DNA of 64,000 nt, taken from assembly GCF_009914755.1 (NCBI RefSeq), contig NC_060929.1; one strand, given 5' to 3'. Below the pieces are notes generated by a model. The model was not told where the DNA came from, made no database searches, and saw only the letters and a list, made by a program, of their open reading frames with translations. Position numbers and translations under genes: made by a program. The stretch is from the human T2T-CHM13v2.0 reference genome, Homo sapiens. Below, one piece after another: positions 27,276-42,522 of the stretch. Position 1 is the first letter of the stretch. Each line of letters opens with the position of its first letter.

Positions 27276-28665
27276 CCCAGTAACCCAAGAACAAACTAAT
27301 ATACCCAGAGGGTATAGTGTGAAGGAAGTGTTTCATTTTATACATTAGTATTGTCAGCTTTCTAAACAACCTTTACTAAGATGAATTATGAGAGTGAATA
27401 ATTCTCTCTCATGGGGTGATATCTTTGGTTTCAAACAATGCAGAGTAGAAGAGCACATTTGGGTTGATGCAGAACCCAGAGCTCAAAATTGAGCAATGGG
27501 TATATATGATCCAGACATATAGGAGGTTGATAGTCCTCTGTGGAGTGTTTACTGGGGCTTTTTTCAAAAGCTGTGAGCACTCCCAGCAATATGAGTACTG
27601 AGGATTTGAACTAGAGAATTTTCACTTGATGTGCACTTACTGCCTTAGCATGAGATGTTGACTGAAACTACCTTTATGGCTGAAGGATGTTAAGTAATTT
27701 TAACACCTGAAATACCAGTACTGTTTTGGATGTCGGAGAAATGTTTTAATGGGGATGGTAGTACCCAGAAGTGTTCCATAAGATAATAGTAATGGTTTAT
27801 ACAGGAGCATGCTACCCAGGGAATGCAAGGAGAAAACACTCACAAGCTAGGAGCATCTTTAACTCTCGGACTGACTCTGAAACTGTGTGAGGTGCTGCTG
27901 GATCCTATTGACACTTGGACAATGCACTATGAAGAGCTCTTGGTTGACAAACAAGGAGCTGCTTAGTTTATGGATGGCAGTTCCAAAGGGAATGAACAAC
28001 ATTCTGTTTGGAAGTCTGCTGCTTTGATCAAAGAAGGTAAAAACAGATCAGCTTGATGGGGTGAATTGCTTGCTATTTTGAAATGAAGAATTAAAGAATG
28101 GTACAAGCCCCTGTGTTTAGGTTTTTACTCACTCATGGGCAGTGACCAATGGCCTGGCCATACACTCAGGCAAGCGGGCAATGGAAACCAGCTTATTAAA
28201 CAGATGCTCATAAGGTGCATAGCTCTATGGAAGTTTGAGGGGTGCATTAGAGTAGAACAAGTCAATGCCTATCAGAAGAACTCCCTTCAGGTTCAGAAGG
28301 TGACAGGAATTGACAAGCAGATAGCCCCGTGTACTCCCTTGAGGTGTCCACCTGTGTCCATAAAATGAGTGGATATGGTCTTTTCCACCCTCTCAGGCAC
28401 ATAATACCAGTAAGAACTGTTTTGCTTCTCAGCAAGAAAAGCAGAGACTGCTTATGTCTATAGAGCAGATTCCCTGGTTCGAAGGCCGTGTACAAAGCTT
28501 GCAATTGAGACTGAGGCCAGTAGCTCTGAGGGGGCTACAAATGGGTCTTGACAGGAATAGGCACTGGGTTTTATGGACTGGGTTTGCTTACCCAGTAGAA
28601 GATGAAAATGCTTACGGTGCTATTAAAAAAAGAAAACTGAAACAGAAAATGTTGCATTAATTTGA

Positions 28666-28991
<326 letters not shown>

Positions 28992-31443
28992 CATTATTTC
29001 TTCAGATCGTGGAACACACAACCCATATGTAATGTCAACAGTGGGCAGAGAGATACTCTTCTTAGAGTAAAAGTTTGATAGAGAAATAGAATGGGGCAAT
29101 TGAAACATTGATTGTCTAAAACAAGGGGAGATAAAAGCATGAAGGGTGGCTTACACGCCTTCACTAGTGTGTGCTCACACTCAACATGATTGGGACTGCT
29201 GTCCCCACCAGATTTTTCTGTTTTCCTGGGTTATCTGAAAACAGGGGTTAGGGAGGATGGTGGTATGACTATGCAATTCTCATCAAGGGAGGAGTAAAAT
29301 GGTGTAATGACTATAATTTTTTTCCTTTCAATTCACCTAAAAAATTTATCTCCTACCTGATGGAGTAGTGATCATAGTACCAGGGCTGCAACTACAAATG
29401 CTGGAAGCAGGGATGATTTCTAAGTAATAAACTGTAACTATGGTTTTAAGCCTTATGTCAGAATTCCTAAGGGCCTGATGGCAGTGGGTGTGCCTTTACC
29501 CCATCTAGCAAAATTGGGATTGAGAATGAACACAGCTATATTGCCTGGTGGTAAAAACAGCTCACTGGTTCTGCAGCTCTGTAACTTTACCTTATCTGAA
29601 TGGGAGTGGACTGGGGAGAAGACACTTGGCAGACTTGACAGCTGCCTGCGATCTAGACCAGCAGAGTGGTGATTCGAAAGTCCCTTCTAAAAGTGAAAAC
29701 ATTAGGTAGAGTATTAATGGAGAGACGTGTAAAGGAGTGAATAAATGGGTTATAAATTGAGAGAAATCCAACATTACATTAATACTTTGAAAGAGGCTCA
29801 GAGGAAGCAATGACATTGTTTCTTAGCTCCATTATTCCAGATGCCTGAAATGGTGAAACTGTGTATTTGCAGAGACCACTCTGCTTTCAAAACCTGACAA
29901 GATTGAAAGGAACCCTGCTCTCCTGAGTAGCCTCACCCTAGGAGGCATTCATACAATATGATGAACTGGACTCATTATTAATGATTATATAAATCCTTTC
30001 GATGTAAGGGATCAGTGCTTGAAAACCAGGCATGGCCTGGTATAATATATATTAATCATATATCTGCATACGATTTGTCCACAGTTCTTGGCTCATAACT
30101 CCTATAGTCCTTGCTATAGACTTTTGTTATAATGCTGGGTGTGTTAGGCCTCAGGAAACAGAATCTCTCTTCTGCCCTCCTTTCACCTGCCTCAAGGCAG
30201 AACTCTAATCTTCACCTATCTTTCAGATTGTAGGTCTTAAGACCCCTCCCTTGAGAGGGTCCCACCCATCCTAGGGGATGAAATGCTGATTTTATGAAGC
30301 TTCCATAAAAATCCAAGAGGACAGAGTTAGGAGGGCTTCCAGATAGCTGAACACATGGAATGTCCTGGAAGGTGGCGCGCCAAGGAGGGCAAGGAAGCTC
30401 CAGGCCCCTTTCCCCATACCTCCCCCTACAAATCTCTTCATCTATATTCTTTGTCATATCCTTTAGAATAAAATAGTAATCATAAAAAACGAAAAACAAA
30501 AAAAAACACCCATTTTAAATCTTCTCTGAGCTGCAAAATTTCGTAACTTTTGTTACTGTTTTAAGTAAAATACGTAAATGGAATAACATTTTGTTCTACT
30601 ATAGTAGAACAATTATTAGCAGGCATAGAATTGGGCAAAAATCTGTAGCTGGGTCCGTTTATTGACACTGAAATAACTTCAGTGCAAATGCTTTGAAATA
30701 TTAAAAAATGTACAGAAAAATTCTGAAATAATTGCAATGTGGTTGAAAAGATAAAACCAAGAGAGAAAACCAGGGATTTTACTATGATCTTTCAAGAAAA
30801 AAAAATTTTTAACTGTTTTATTTTTTTAAATTAACTGCATGGTTGTTAGGAAAGATGACAGTTGTACAGAGGATAAGTAAGCTATTTTGCAGAACCAGAG
30901 ATGTATACAATCAAGAGAACTACATTATATTGTTGGCCCTAATCACAGCTCTACTACTAAGTCCAAAGGAGGCTTGAGGCCCTGAGAGGCAGTCAGCCTT
31001 TCCAGGAAAGACTGGTGGTATTTTTTTTCTCAATGGGAACACAGAAACTTATATATGATGCCTTTAAAGATCATCAAAGTCATAATTCTTACATAAGAAG
31101 CTGAGGCATAAACTCTAATCTTTAACATTTGAAAGACCTTGGGCAAGAGAGGAAAGAGAGGCCCACATATATGTAAATCTTAAAGAATCATGAATTGAGC
31201 CACAGATTTTAAGTGAAATTTAAGTAAGCATGTTTTTTCCTCTTTCCTTGACAATTAACCTATAATGTCAAAATAATATTTGAAAACCTATGGGCTTACA
31301 ATGAACTAAACGTGGTAAAATATTTTATACAACTGAATTTAATCATTACTACATGTCTGAGTATTTTGGTTGTATTTGGATAAGCAATAAAATAAAGACA
31401 TGTAAGTTATATTTTTGTTTTATACTTTTCAATAAATTTGTGT

Positions 31444-31722
31444 CAAAGGGTAGAAAGTTTCAGTTATGCAGCATGAATAAGTTCTGGAAGTCTAATATAC
31501 AATATGAGAACTGTGGTTAATGATGACGTATTGTACACTTGAAATTTGCTAAGCAGGTAGATCTTCAGCGTACTCACCACAACAAAATAAAAACTGTGTG
31601 AGATGATGAATATGTTAACTAGCTTGATTGTGGTGATTATTTCACAATGTATACCTATATTAAAACACTTTAAATATCTACAATTTCTATTTGCCAATTA
31701 TATCCCAATAAAACTGATAAAA
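31444..31722 (+). mobile_element. L1MA/L1MB 3' UTR fragment
   Basis: CAAAGGGTAGAAAGTTTCAGTTATGC..GAATAAGTTCTGG, TTGAAATTTGCTAAG, AGCTTGATTGTGGTGATTATTTCACAATGTATA, AATAAA. Confidence 0.85.
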
Positions 31723-31990
31723 ATTTTGGTGTTTTTGTTTTAATCTCAGAAAAATAAAAATTTCTGTCTTTATAATTAAACATTTCATGTAACTTGTTCT
31801 CTGTTGCAAGTAATCCCAAATTAGAACACTTTTTGAGCGATTTTACTTCTTAGGTAGCTCTTCAACATAAATTTCGGCATGGCAAAACTTGACTCTGCTG
31901 AGACGATGGCAACTGGAAGTATAATTAAACAGCATAGTCATACCTAGATTCGGACATGAACAATTCATTTTAAAAATTGTGTGCAAACAT
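31722..31990 (-). mobile_element. hAT DNA-transposon transposase fossil, C-terminal dimerisation domain (Tip100 group, Zaphod/Arthur-like)
   Basis: Manual minus-strand translation gives CPNL / ILPVAIVSAESSFAMPKFMLKSYLRSKIAQK / ENKLHEMFNYKD, matching the hAT motif FPNL..LPV..ASAERSFS.LK..K.YLRS; frameshifted; probably extends towards ~32750. Confidence 0.75.
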
Positions 31991-32817
31991 TGTAATGAGC
32001 TTATAGATCATAAATTCATTACCAAAGCCACAAAATATTCTAATTTCTTCATATAATTTTCAAGTCACTTAAGAATCATACAATATTTCTGAAATTCTTT
32101 CATATTTTTAATGCTGGAATATTATAAAGAAAATGTTAAAAGAAGTATGTTGATCACTTTGATAAAAATTCTCTTCAGTCAGGAATATACATTGACATAT
32201 AATGGCAAAAAAAAGAGTGTCTGTAGTAATTAGTTTTAACATTACTTCTCTGAAAAATTTTCTTTTCCATAGTCACAAAAATATTTTTGTTGCCTTGCTC
32301 TATTTTCCTTATATTTGAAAGTCAATTTTGTCCCATATTCCTCTATTTTTTTCCTAAAACAATCTCTATCTTTAAAATATTTTATAATTATTTAAAAAAT
32401 TATTTTAAGTACAATAGACAAATGTAAATATGTTCTGTTTTTACTAACATAGCAAACAAAAGTTCATATCCTATTACTATGTACAGAAAAATAAAAATGA
32501 GCATAATTTACAGTTTACAGAAACTCAAATTTCCTTTTGGCTTAAGAATCATTTGCCACTTCAGTAACTTTTCTTATGTATTTTGATAAACTTAAATTGC
32601 TTTAACAGCATTTGGTTGACATTTATATTTTGTGCCTGAGAGTGCCTGTAAGTTCAAGTTGATACATGTGTCATTCATCAAGATATTTCATCTTTGGGCT
32701 GATTCAAAATATATTGTATCTAAACTATAAATTGTTCCAAAAAGTGTCATCTATATAGGCACAACTGAGGTCATGTCTCCTTGAAGAAAATTCAGACTAA
32801 GTACTATATATGACACT

Positions 32818-32818
<1 letters not shown>

Positions 32819-32863
<45 letters not shown>
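32819..32863. repeat. (CA)n microsatellite, ~20 units
   Basis: Direct inspection. Confidence 0.97.
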
Positions 32864-32864
<1 letters not shown>

Positions 32865-33207
32865 TCGCACTTCTGGATTTGGAGCTAAATGAAGTAAATG
32901 CCATTATCATAAGATTATTTTTAACAATATTTTAAAATACTGTAAATAATGCTGAGGATTTAAATTTACCTTTAAATTAAATTTTTTATTAGGGATAGAT
33001 TAAAATCATTTTTATTTCTAGCATTCAATATTCATCCAGGTACCAATTTAAAGACTGATGTGATTCTTCATGTATATTGCATCTAGAACTACATAAGAAT
33101 AATATAAATTATTAAATAATACTAAATATTTTTTAGCCATCATGTCCTACTATTGAAAATGTGCATTAATTTGTTACACCTCTAGAACCATAAAAGAGAG
33201 GCAAAGA

Positions 33208-33707
33208 CCCAAAGGATTATAAATCATGCTGCTATAAAGACACATGCACACATATGTTTATTGCGGCACTATTCACAATAGCAAAGACTTGGAACCAACC
33301 CAAATGTCCATCAATGATAGACTGGATTAAGAAAATGTGGCACATATACACCATGGAATATTATGCAGCCAAAAAAAATGATGAGTTCATGTCCTTTGTA
33401 GGGACATGGATGAAGCTGGAAACCATCATTCTCAGCAAACTATCGCAAGGACAAAAAACCAAACACCATGTTCTCACTCACAGGTGGGAACTGAACAATG
33501 AGAACACATGGACACAGGAAGGGGAACATCACACATCAGGGCCTGTTGTGGGGTGGGGGAAGGGGGGAGGGATAGCATTAGGAGATATACCTAATGTTAA
33601 ATGACGAGTTAATGGGTGCAGCACACCAACATGGCACATGTATACATATATAACAAACCTGCATGTTGTGCGCATGTACCCTAAAACTTAAAGTATAATA
33701 AAAAAAA
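33208..33707 (+). mobile_element. 5'-truncated L1PA (about PA3-PA5)
   Basis: ORF2 C-terminus MFIAALFTIAKTWNQPKCPS..., G-rich 3'UTR, CTAAAACTTAAAGTATAATAA + poly(A); perfect 16-bp TSD AAAAGAGAGGCAAAGA (33192-33207 / 33708-33723). Confidence 0.96.
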
Positions 33708-34342
33708 AAAAGAGAGGCAAAGAAAATGGACACGTGGCACTGCTAGAAAATAACACTTCTTTATGGAGGAGGCTATTACATTCATGCTCTCTGAGAGGAA
33801 GAATTTGACAAATTATTCTGCACTACTCCTACTGAAGTCCTCCCCACCCTGTGAAACAGTGTCTATCTCCTACATTGTCAGGGGCACAAACTGCGCATCT
33901 TTCCCTCGTTTGGATATTGTGGTCTTGTGTCAAAGTCACAGAGAAAGAGAAGTGGCAAAGTGCTTCCTGGGCTTCTTTTAGGTATTTAACACCCTCTGAT
34001 GCCAGTGACCTAGGACAAAGTCAGAAAACAAAACTGCCTAGGAAAGGGGATTTAATTGTTCAAGATGTTTCACAGCCAATTAGTAATAAAGCCAAGTGTA
34101 GTACTATGGTTTCTTAATTCCCTGTATGGAGTTTTTTTAAAAAAACATTTAAGCTTTTTATTTGCTGTGAAAAGCCTGTATAAAGTTATGTTAGTATATC
34201 TTCCTAATTTTATTATCATTCAAAGAAAGCATGAGAGTTATGATAAATCATATAGTGACTTTGTCTAAATGAACTCTATAGTAAACTGCGTGCTATAGCT
34301 CTGAAAAACCAAGGTAATATAGTAATAAAAATTGGCATTTGA

Positions 34343-34657
<315 letters not shown>

Positions 34658-34946
34658 ACATTTCTTACTATTAACTAGATAAGTCTAAAAAAGTGTACAG
34701 AAATTTGAAAGACTAGTGAACTCAGAGTCAAGAAGCCTTGATTTTAATCTCAGCTCTGTAATTGGCTACACATTGTAGTTTCTCTTAGGCAAAACAAATA
34801 AGAAAACATGAAAATTCAACTTTTTTTTTAGCTCTATGAGTTTATACATAATAAGTTTAACAAATAAATATAAGGAAGAAAAATTATTTTATTGTATGTC
34901 AGTAGATTTTTCTCTTCAATAAAGAGAACTGTTTTGCCTCTTTGTT

Positions 34947-35131
34947 CAGAGCTGTGATTTTAAAATGAGGCCCCTCATAGAACATCATCCACATTATCTG
35001 AGAGCTAGTTAGAAAAGAAAATGCTCAGGGCCTATACCAGACCTATTGAATTAGAAACTGGGGCTGTAACCATCAGTTTTCATTTTATTTCTAGGTGATG
35101 TCAATGTATCCTCATGTTTAGGAACCACTGC
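34947..35131. mobile_element. MER5A-like hAT-Charlie MITE
   Basis: CTAGTTAGAAA..ATGCTCAGGGCC..CCAGACCTATTGAATTAGAAACT..CTAGGTGATG..GTTTAGGAACCACTG. Confidence 0.75.
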
Positions 35132-36655
35132 TCCAGAATACTCCTTTAGACCTGGGAAAAATGTAAAGAGAAAGTGATAAAATTTGGTGTGAATAAGTTA
35201 TGGAAACATTTGGCAGATGTTAAAGATAGAGGCTACAAATTAATTTTGTATAAACAAAGTGGGTTAAATGTAACCTTCACAATATGAGAAAAGAGACTAT
35301 AAAATATTCATGCTCCTTACCTAGTGTTTCTCAGAAAATGGTTAATGATTTGAGGTGCTAAGTGCGTTTCTATTAGTGGCAATGATCGATCTTTTATGTA
35401 ATGCGAAAGGGGTTTACATTGTTCTGTTTTTCAACAAAGCAAGTAACAAAATGTGGCAAGGAAAGGTAGAGACAGAGAGCTCACATTTAAGTACACAAAG
35501 AGGACCAGGACTCTTTAACCATTCTAGGATTAATAGATGAAGCCGGAAGCAACTTTTATTTGCAACATTTTCTTTGTGAAAGAGAGCAATGTTTTTCTTG
35601 AAATCAGTTTTCAGATGTGAAACTAAGAAACAGTATGAGAAAGCCCAAGAGCCAAGTGACAAAAGTTCTAAAGAAAGAAGCAGATATCCCAGGACACAGG
35701 AGCACACTCTAGTTGATTCCAAGAGCCTAGAAGAATACCATCTGGATTATTGCCCTTGAATCTCCTTATCATTTAATTATGAGTTTAATCAAGAATACAT
35801 ACTAGCAACTTACATTGAAATTCATTGTATGTCATGGTACAGAAGGTCTAGAAAACCCATTTTACTGTGTGTTTTCAGTCATTTGATGCTAATTAGGAGG
35901 CATTTTAATAGAGCTTTGGGCATCAGAACAAAACCTCTAGGTACGATTATTCACATACATGTGAATTGGGTGGATTCTAACCAACTATTTTAGTTCGCAG
36001 ACTGCATTAATAAAATAGCTATAACAAGGCTTATTTCTTTTTGTGCATGCTGTATGTTATATTAGCATGATAGCTGAGGGAAGAGACAAGTAAGCAAATG
36101 TATTTATGCACTGAAGAGCTAAAGAATAGCCAAAGATATTAAAATAAAGGAGAAATAATGTTTGATAAATGTAAGGAGACTTGAAAGCACCAGGAGTACA
36201 CTGATACATGCCATTTATGCAATATCAATTCCAGCCAGTTATTTCAAACTTTGTGTTATTGAAAAATAGCTAAACTTAAAGTCATTCAGAAAGACAAATA
36301 AAAAGGGAGAAAATGTAGTATAAAAACATTAGAAGGATATATGTAAAATAGATGCATAAGTTAGTCTTCAACAAAAATGTTACTGGTGCTATTTTGTAGA
36401 AAGAACATTTTCCCTTTTGAAAATATGTAGAAAAATAATAAAAGAAATTAAAATTATTCTACAAGTTTCTTTTATTAGTATTAAAGATCCTATCAAACCA
36501 GACTCCTTAAAATTAAACTCAAGATTTCTCTAGATCCAAATTACAAGTTAAATTTATTTTATTATTTGTTAATGTTAAGGTAACTCTGGATCAAATTTAT
36601 TATGCACTGTTGGAAAGTAAATTAGTAATCCACTCAGTATATTTGGATTGAGAGT

Positions 36656-37047
36656 TGTCAAAAGAAAAACTTTAGGTAAAATAAATTTAACAGGATTTAT
36701 TTGAGCAAAGAATGACTCATGATTCAGGCAGCACTCAAAATTGAAAGAGGTTCAGAAATCTCTGCTCCAGCAACTTGAGCAGCAAGGTTGTTTAGGCTGA
36801 ACATGGAAACAAATAAGTTACTTAATTGGCTATAGCTAGGTGTTTGCTTTACTTATGTATGGTCTAATGGGAGATCTCTTGTCATATAACCAATTGGCTG
36901 GTTGACTAGTTGTGATTGGCTGAGGATCTCTCTCTCCCCTTAAATCAGTTACAAGAAATGCCTACAAATTAAATTTCAGGTTCCTTAAGTATAAGCTTTG
37001 GTTACAGAGACAACCTTTGGCTAATGGCCTTCTTATTTGCTTTGATA
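36656..37047 (-). mobile_element. ERV1 (MER4-group) solo LTR, subfamily uncertain
   Basis: Termini TGTCA...TGATA, 4-bp TSD GAGT (36652-36655 / 37048-37051), repeated ATTGGC (CCAAT on minus strand), AAATTTAACAGGATTTATTTGAGCAAAGAA. Confidence 0.75.
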
Positions 37048-39225
37048 GAGTAAAGCATATGTTAGTAATGATGTTTTCCACCTAAAATATTCATATGCTG
37101 ATATATATTTATTTTGTAAAAACTCATAATTCAAATTCATAAAAATAAAAAAGAAATAAAATTCATTATCAAGATTTCTATTATAATTATGGACATACAG
37201 AAGAATTTCAATAATTCCAATTAAAGTATATTTTATCACTGCAATTGTTTTCATATTGAAACAGACAGTAAAAACATCAAAGTAATAGCTACAATAAAAA
37301 TTATTAATTATTTACCTCTGAGAAAATGGTGGGGAATATGTTTCAAACTGAAAGCTATAGAAACATGGAAAATTTTATATTTTAACTTCAGACAAAAAGC
37401 AACACAGTTTCAGTGCAATAAGGCAACAGAGAATCAAGTAATGAAAATAAGTCATTGCTAGGGAACTTGAACCATGACTAAAACATAATCAAAAATGTGT
37501 CACTGCTGAAATATAAAATATCTTTGTCAGACATCAAAAATTAAATGGGCTTTAATGTTGCATTATATTACACAGACAGAGCCCACATTACTGATCCTTG
37601 TTCTCCACTTGGGAATGAGGGTGACCTTATAACACAGAAAAAATTATGATTTGAAACATAAAGCAATAACTTTTGTCTCATGACACCAGTGTGAGGAGTT
37701 TGTCTGGGTGTTTTCAAATTATTTCCTCCCATTTTTTAATAGCTATCACACTTTCTGTAATACTTAAATATTAGTTTTATATGAAAAATATAAAATAGAT
37801 TATCATTTATATTTTATGTAGTCTTTTATAAGAGCCCTTTAATTTTTATTAAATATAAATAAATACCAGTAATACAACAAATATTTATTTTTACTTCTAA
37901 TACATCTTGCCCAACTATCATTAAATGGGCATTCAAATTATATATTAAAAAGTAAATACATATACCATATCATGAGAGTTTTATATAATTCGAGATGGAA
38001 CATAGTATGGAAAGTAAGAAAGACAATAGTTATTGAGACATTAGAGAAGTAGTTAATTTGGGCATCAGGATAAGTAAAAGACCAACTAGTGGTCTCCAAA
38101 CTCCAGAGCAGTTGAAGCATCTCTTGAGGATGTCAAAGAAAAAATATACATGTGCTTTTTTTCAGGTCTCAGAAATTATAACATGTTTGGACAATGGTCT
38201 TCGAATGAATGCATTCAAAAGTTTAAAGCCAGAATCTCTATCTCCTTCACTAAAATATTTAGTATTTCATGTATTGTGGCAGGACTCATGTGTTAAGTCA
38301 TAAAAACACCCATGAAGTTAAGACTGGAAGCCTGGGTTATAACCAAGTAAGCACTTAAGATTGTCATGCTAACCAATGGTCTGAGTACTGCTGCTAATAA
38401 TGTTTATTAGGCAATCATATCTGGACTGTGGTTTCTGGTATAAATTAACTTCTGATTTCTCTTATTAGTGACTCAACAAAGAGAATGATATTATGTTCAT
38501 TTGTTTCATTGTGAGATTTTATTTTTACCAAAATATAAATAGAATAATTTTATTTCAGTTTTAGAAATAGAAATAGAAACAATATTGAAGCTAATACAAT
38601 ATAGAAAAACCCAATCAATCTTGTATTCAAGATGGGGTAGAGAAGTTCATATTCCCTTGGAAATGTTCTCAGTTTCACAATAATGTTTAGTCTCTAATTA
38701 TTAATTATTCTTGCTCATATCATCAGAAGTTTCTATCTGTGAGAAATTTAGAGATTCCTGGGAAGAGTTCAACAGTGTATTTTCATCTTGGTAAAAGTCT
38801 GATTTATGAATAAATAGCAGACATTTGTCCTTTCAAAAACAACCAGAATAAGCATTTTTTAGTGAAAGAGAAAAACTGAATTACTTACATTTTCAAGACT
38901 AATTAGTGCCCAATTTGATGTTTTACACTTTTAAAATATAAATACTATGACAAAAAATAGTCAGCTGAATAAGGAGAAAACTATTTCAATAATCTATACC
39001 TTTTTAACCCAAAAAAAATTTCTTAAGAGATACAAAGCATAGACACATTTTGAGGAAATAACAATGACATGCTATTTCGTCTGAGAATCCAGGTAAATGT
39101 GATGCATCTTGCATTTTGAATAGAAAGTTTCACTTTATTTTAGTGACAAAGGAAAGTGAATAATGTAGGATCCCAAAGAAGCAAGAAGTCTGAAAGCACC
39201 ATGGACAATAATGGAGTAAAGGGGC

Positions 39226-39619
39226 ATCCCACTCCATGCCAGCTGCTATAACAGGATATCTGAAAACGGGTAATTTATAAAGAACAGATATTTATTTTTG
39301 ACAGTTCTGGAGGGTGGAAAGTCTAAGATCAAGGCACCAGCATGTTTAGTGTCTGGTAAGGATTGCTCTCTGCTTCCAAGATAGCATCTTAGTGCTGCAC
39401 CCTCTGGAGGGGAAGAACACTGTGTCCTCGCATGGCAGAAGACTGCAAGACAAAGGGGGACAAACTCCCTCAATTAAAGCCTTTTACAAGGCAACTCATC
39501 TCATTCATCAGAGTGAAGCCCTGGTAACCTACCAAAGGCCATACCTCCCTATATTGTTGTACTGGGGATTAAATTTCAACATAAAGTTTTGGAGGAGGAA
39601 AATCATCCAAACTATAGCA
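39226..39619 (-). mobile_element. MST (B/C/D-like) MaLR solo LTR
   Basis: GCTGCTATAACA..GGGTAATTTATAAAGAACAGA..ACAGTTCTGGAGG..AAGATCAAGGCACCAGCA..CAAACTATAGCA. Confidence 0.85.
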
Positions 39620-41684
39620 AGGCACACAAAACTGAAAGGATTGGTAGAGATTTGTAAATTACTTCTGTTAGTCAGCACCAGATCCAGCAGATTGTAATAT
39701 TCTCCGCCCTTATGACCAATATAGTGATTGATTTGGGGCCTGTTAAGACTTTTATATTTTGAGATGCAAAGAAAAAATATTGAATTAAAAAAATATTCTA
39801 TGGGTTTGTAAGTGGTGTTCTCTCGGGATGATGCACCTGGGCAATTGATGATACTCATGGACATGTAAATATATCATATATCATATATGGATTTATTATA
39901 TCACATATAAATTCATATATAGGACATATATCCATACACATGGCATATTTCTATTTAATAGAGAAATCTATGATTAGCCTTAAGCAAACGTTGTTGAATT
40001 GCATATCCTCTTCTAAGACTCAACAGAGTGCAAGTGATGAGTATGAAAACGATTGGTTTTCTGACTATAATCAACCAGCCCTGTATAGCCTTTCAACCTT
40101 AGTTTGATATTTTAAATTTGGATTACAAAATAGGTTTAAATATTATTTTATCCAGGGTTCTCAGTGCCTTAGTCTGATTGTCTCAAATGAGAATGTTAGA
40201 TACAAAGGCATATTTTTGAGGGGTAGAGGGAGGAAGGCAATGTTTTTGGTGCCTCTTCTTTTAACATGAAGAGAGAAATTCCAAAATCTTTTCCTGGAAA
40301 GTACCTAATAGCTTCGGATTTTTCCTGTCAGTGTAGTATGATTAAGAAGGTAGTCATTAAAGTAGAAATCAAAAAGATAATTAGTATAAAAAAAGGCTGA
40401 TATTTTAACCAGTTGAGAATTTCACTGTATAGACTGATAGGGCACTCTGATTAATTGATTAAAATATCTAGAAAGAATCACTTGCCAGTAGTAATTGCAA
40501 AAAAAGAAAAAATGGTGACTAGAAAGGCGACACACAGATATCTCAGATTATGCTTTTCTTTTCTGTCTTCCTGGGACTATGAAAATCCCTCATGGGTAAC
40601 TCAAGTGTTAAGTTTTTATTCCTATGTCAAACTAATCCACATTTGAATGCACATACATTTTAAAGAATAAAAATATCCAATGAAAAGGGAGATTGTCAGA
40701 AAGATTATCAGGATTACCTTGACCTTTGGGGCATCCTGGCAGAATTTTCATGTCCGGGCTTACACTGATTTAAGATGCCTTTCACAGGTAAGGATCTTGC
40801 AAATGGGGTTTCTATTTCTCCGTAGAACAGCCTCTGTAAATTTCCTGGGAACTCCAGCAAGTTAATCTCTGCTGCTGCTGTTTTCTGGTAGGCCTCTCAA
40901 GTACTAGATAGGTAATCTAGGATGATTTATTCCTCTCCAGCTCTCACACATTCTGTTGTGACGAATGTTCAAGAAATGCATCGATGTTCTGCCGTGATAA
41001 TAAAGTTTTTGGACTGGTTTTGCAAATCCTTTACCTTAACCCAGGAAATACTGTAATGCTCAAGTGCCAGAGAGCATCACAGTCAAATTAGATTGTGTGC
41101 AGCTGGAAAGCAATTTTTGCCAGTAAGATATAGGCTGACATAAACGAGGTGAAAGACAAATGAAGATATGTGCATTTTCTGTTTGAGGTGTATATTAACA
41201 GTTTTGATGTAGTGTTTTCTTTACACAGCTTTAAAAATGGACTTTTTAATGGTTTTAATCTAAGTTAAGGTTGGGAGGGCCTACGGCAGATAAAAACAAA
41301 ACATTTGAGTAATTGAGTAATATTCAGACCAGCCTGAGCAATGAATAAACTAGTGAAATTCACTCAGATCTATAAAGAAGTAGAATCAATCTTCAAGGCT
41401 TTCCTCATAAATATTCATTTACACAGACAACACCAAATACTGTGTATGTTCAGGTGTCTGCACATCTATCAAGTGCCAAAAGTCCACTAGCTAATCTCCA
41501 TAAAACAAAAACTAGCTAATCTCCATAACACACAAACCATGAGGGAATGCCTTAGATCTCTTAACTTTAAATTTTTCGTTAATTTTTAGGTATCTACTCC
41601 TGTTAGCTCCCACTGGTACATATGTTTGAGATCCTGGGAATGCAAGAAGTTATATCTATGTTACTTTTTTCATGATTTCTTTAT

Positions 41685-41885
41685 TAAACATTTATCAAGT
41701 GACTAGTATGTGACAAAGATATCTGAATTGGAAGTGGGCCCTAATACTAAGGAGCTATTGACAAAGAGGAAATCTAAAACGAATAATAGAATAAAAGCAA
41801 TGCAAAGTAGAACTTAAAAAAATGCATAGAGAAGCATCCAAAGAAGGTAGAATGCAATTTCATAGGAAGGTGAAATTATTTACAT
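41685..41885 (-). mobile_element. L2 3' fragment
   Basis: AAACATTTATCAAGTGACTAGTATGTGACAA...GGCCCTAATACTAAGGAGCT. Confidence 0.45.
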
Positions 41886-42323
41886 CTGGGGGTTAAAATA
41901 TTTTAAATTATTTAAATTTTATTTGAACATGTTAGTATTTCTCAATTATTTAAAACCCAACTAAAGTGAGACCTATATAATTCTTTCAATTAGCACTCTA
42001 TAAATGTTTATTGATATATCTCAATTGGCATGTTAAATTTTAGATTGTGTTCCAATTTTAGTTTAGGAGGGAGGCCCTGTGAGAGGACTGAATATCTTTC
42101 AATTTGGGTTAAAGCAATTATGAAAGATTCCATTCCATCTTTCTTTACATGGAGTTTTATTCCTTTAATGCTGATAACTCAAAATTTAAACAATAAAGTA
42201 CAGGATTTGCTCCACATTGGGTCATCTTATGACAAAATTTTATCATTTTGGTTGATGAGCTTTGTATTGCTGTCAAGATATAATTTGAGAGTGACACAAA
42301 AATTAATTTAAATAATTACCTGC

Positions 42324-42522
<199 letters not shown>

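Noticed and set aside
33254-33604. 116-aa ORF as a gene
   Set aside because: It is the L1 ORF2 C-terminus frameshifted into the 3'UTR of a 0.5-kb truncated L1PA.
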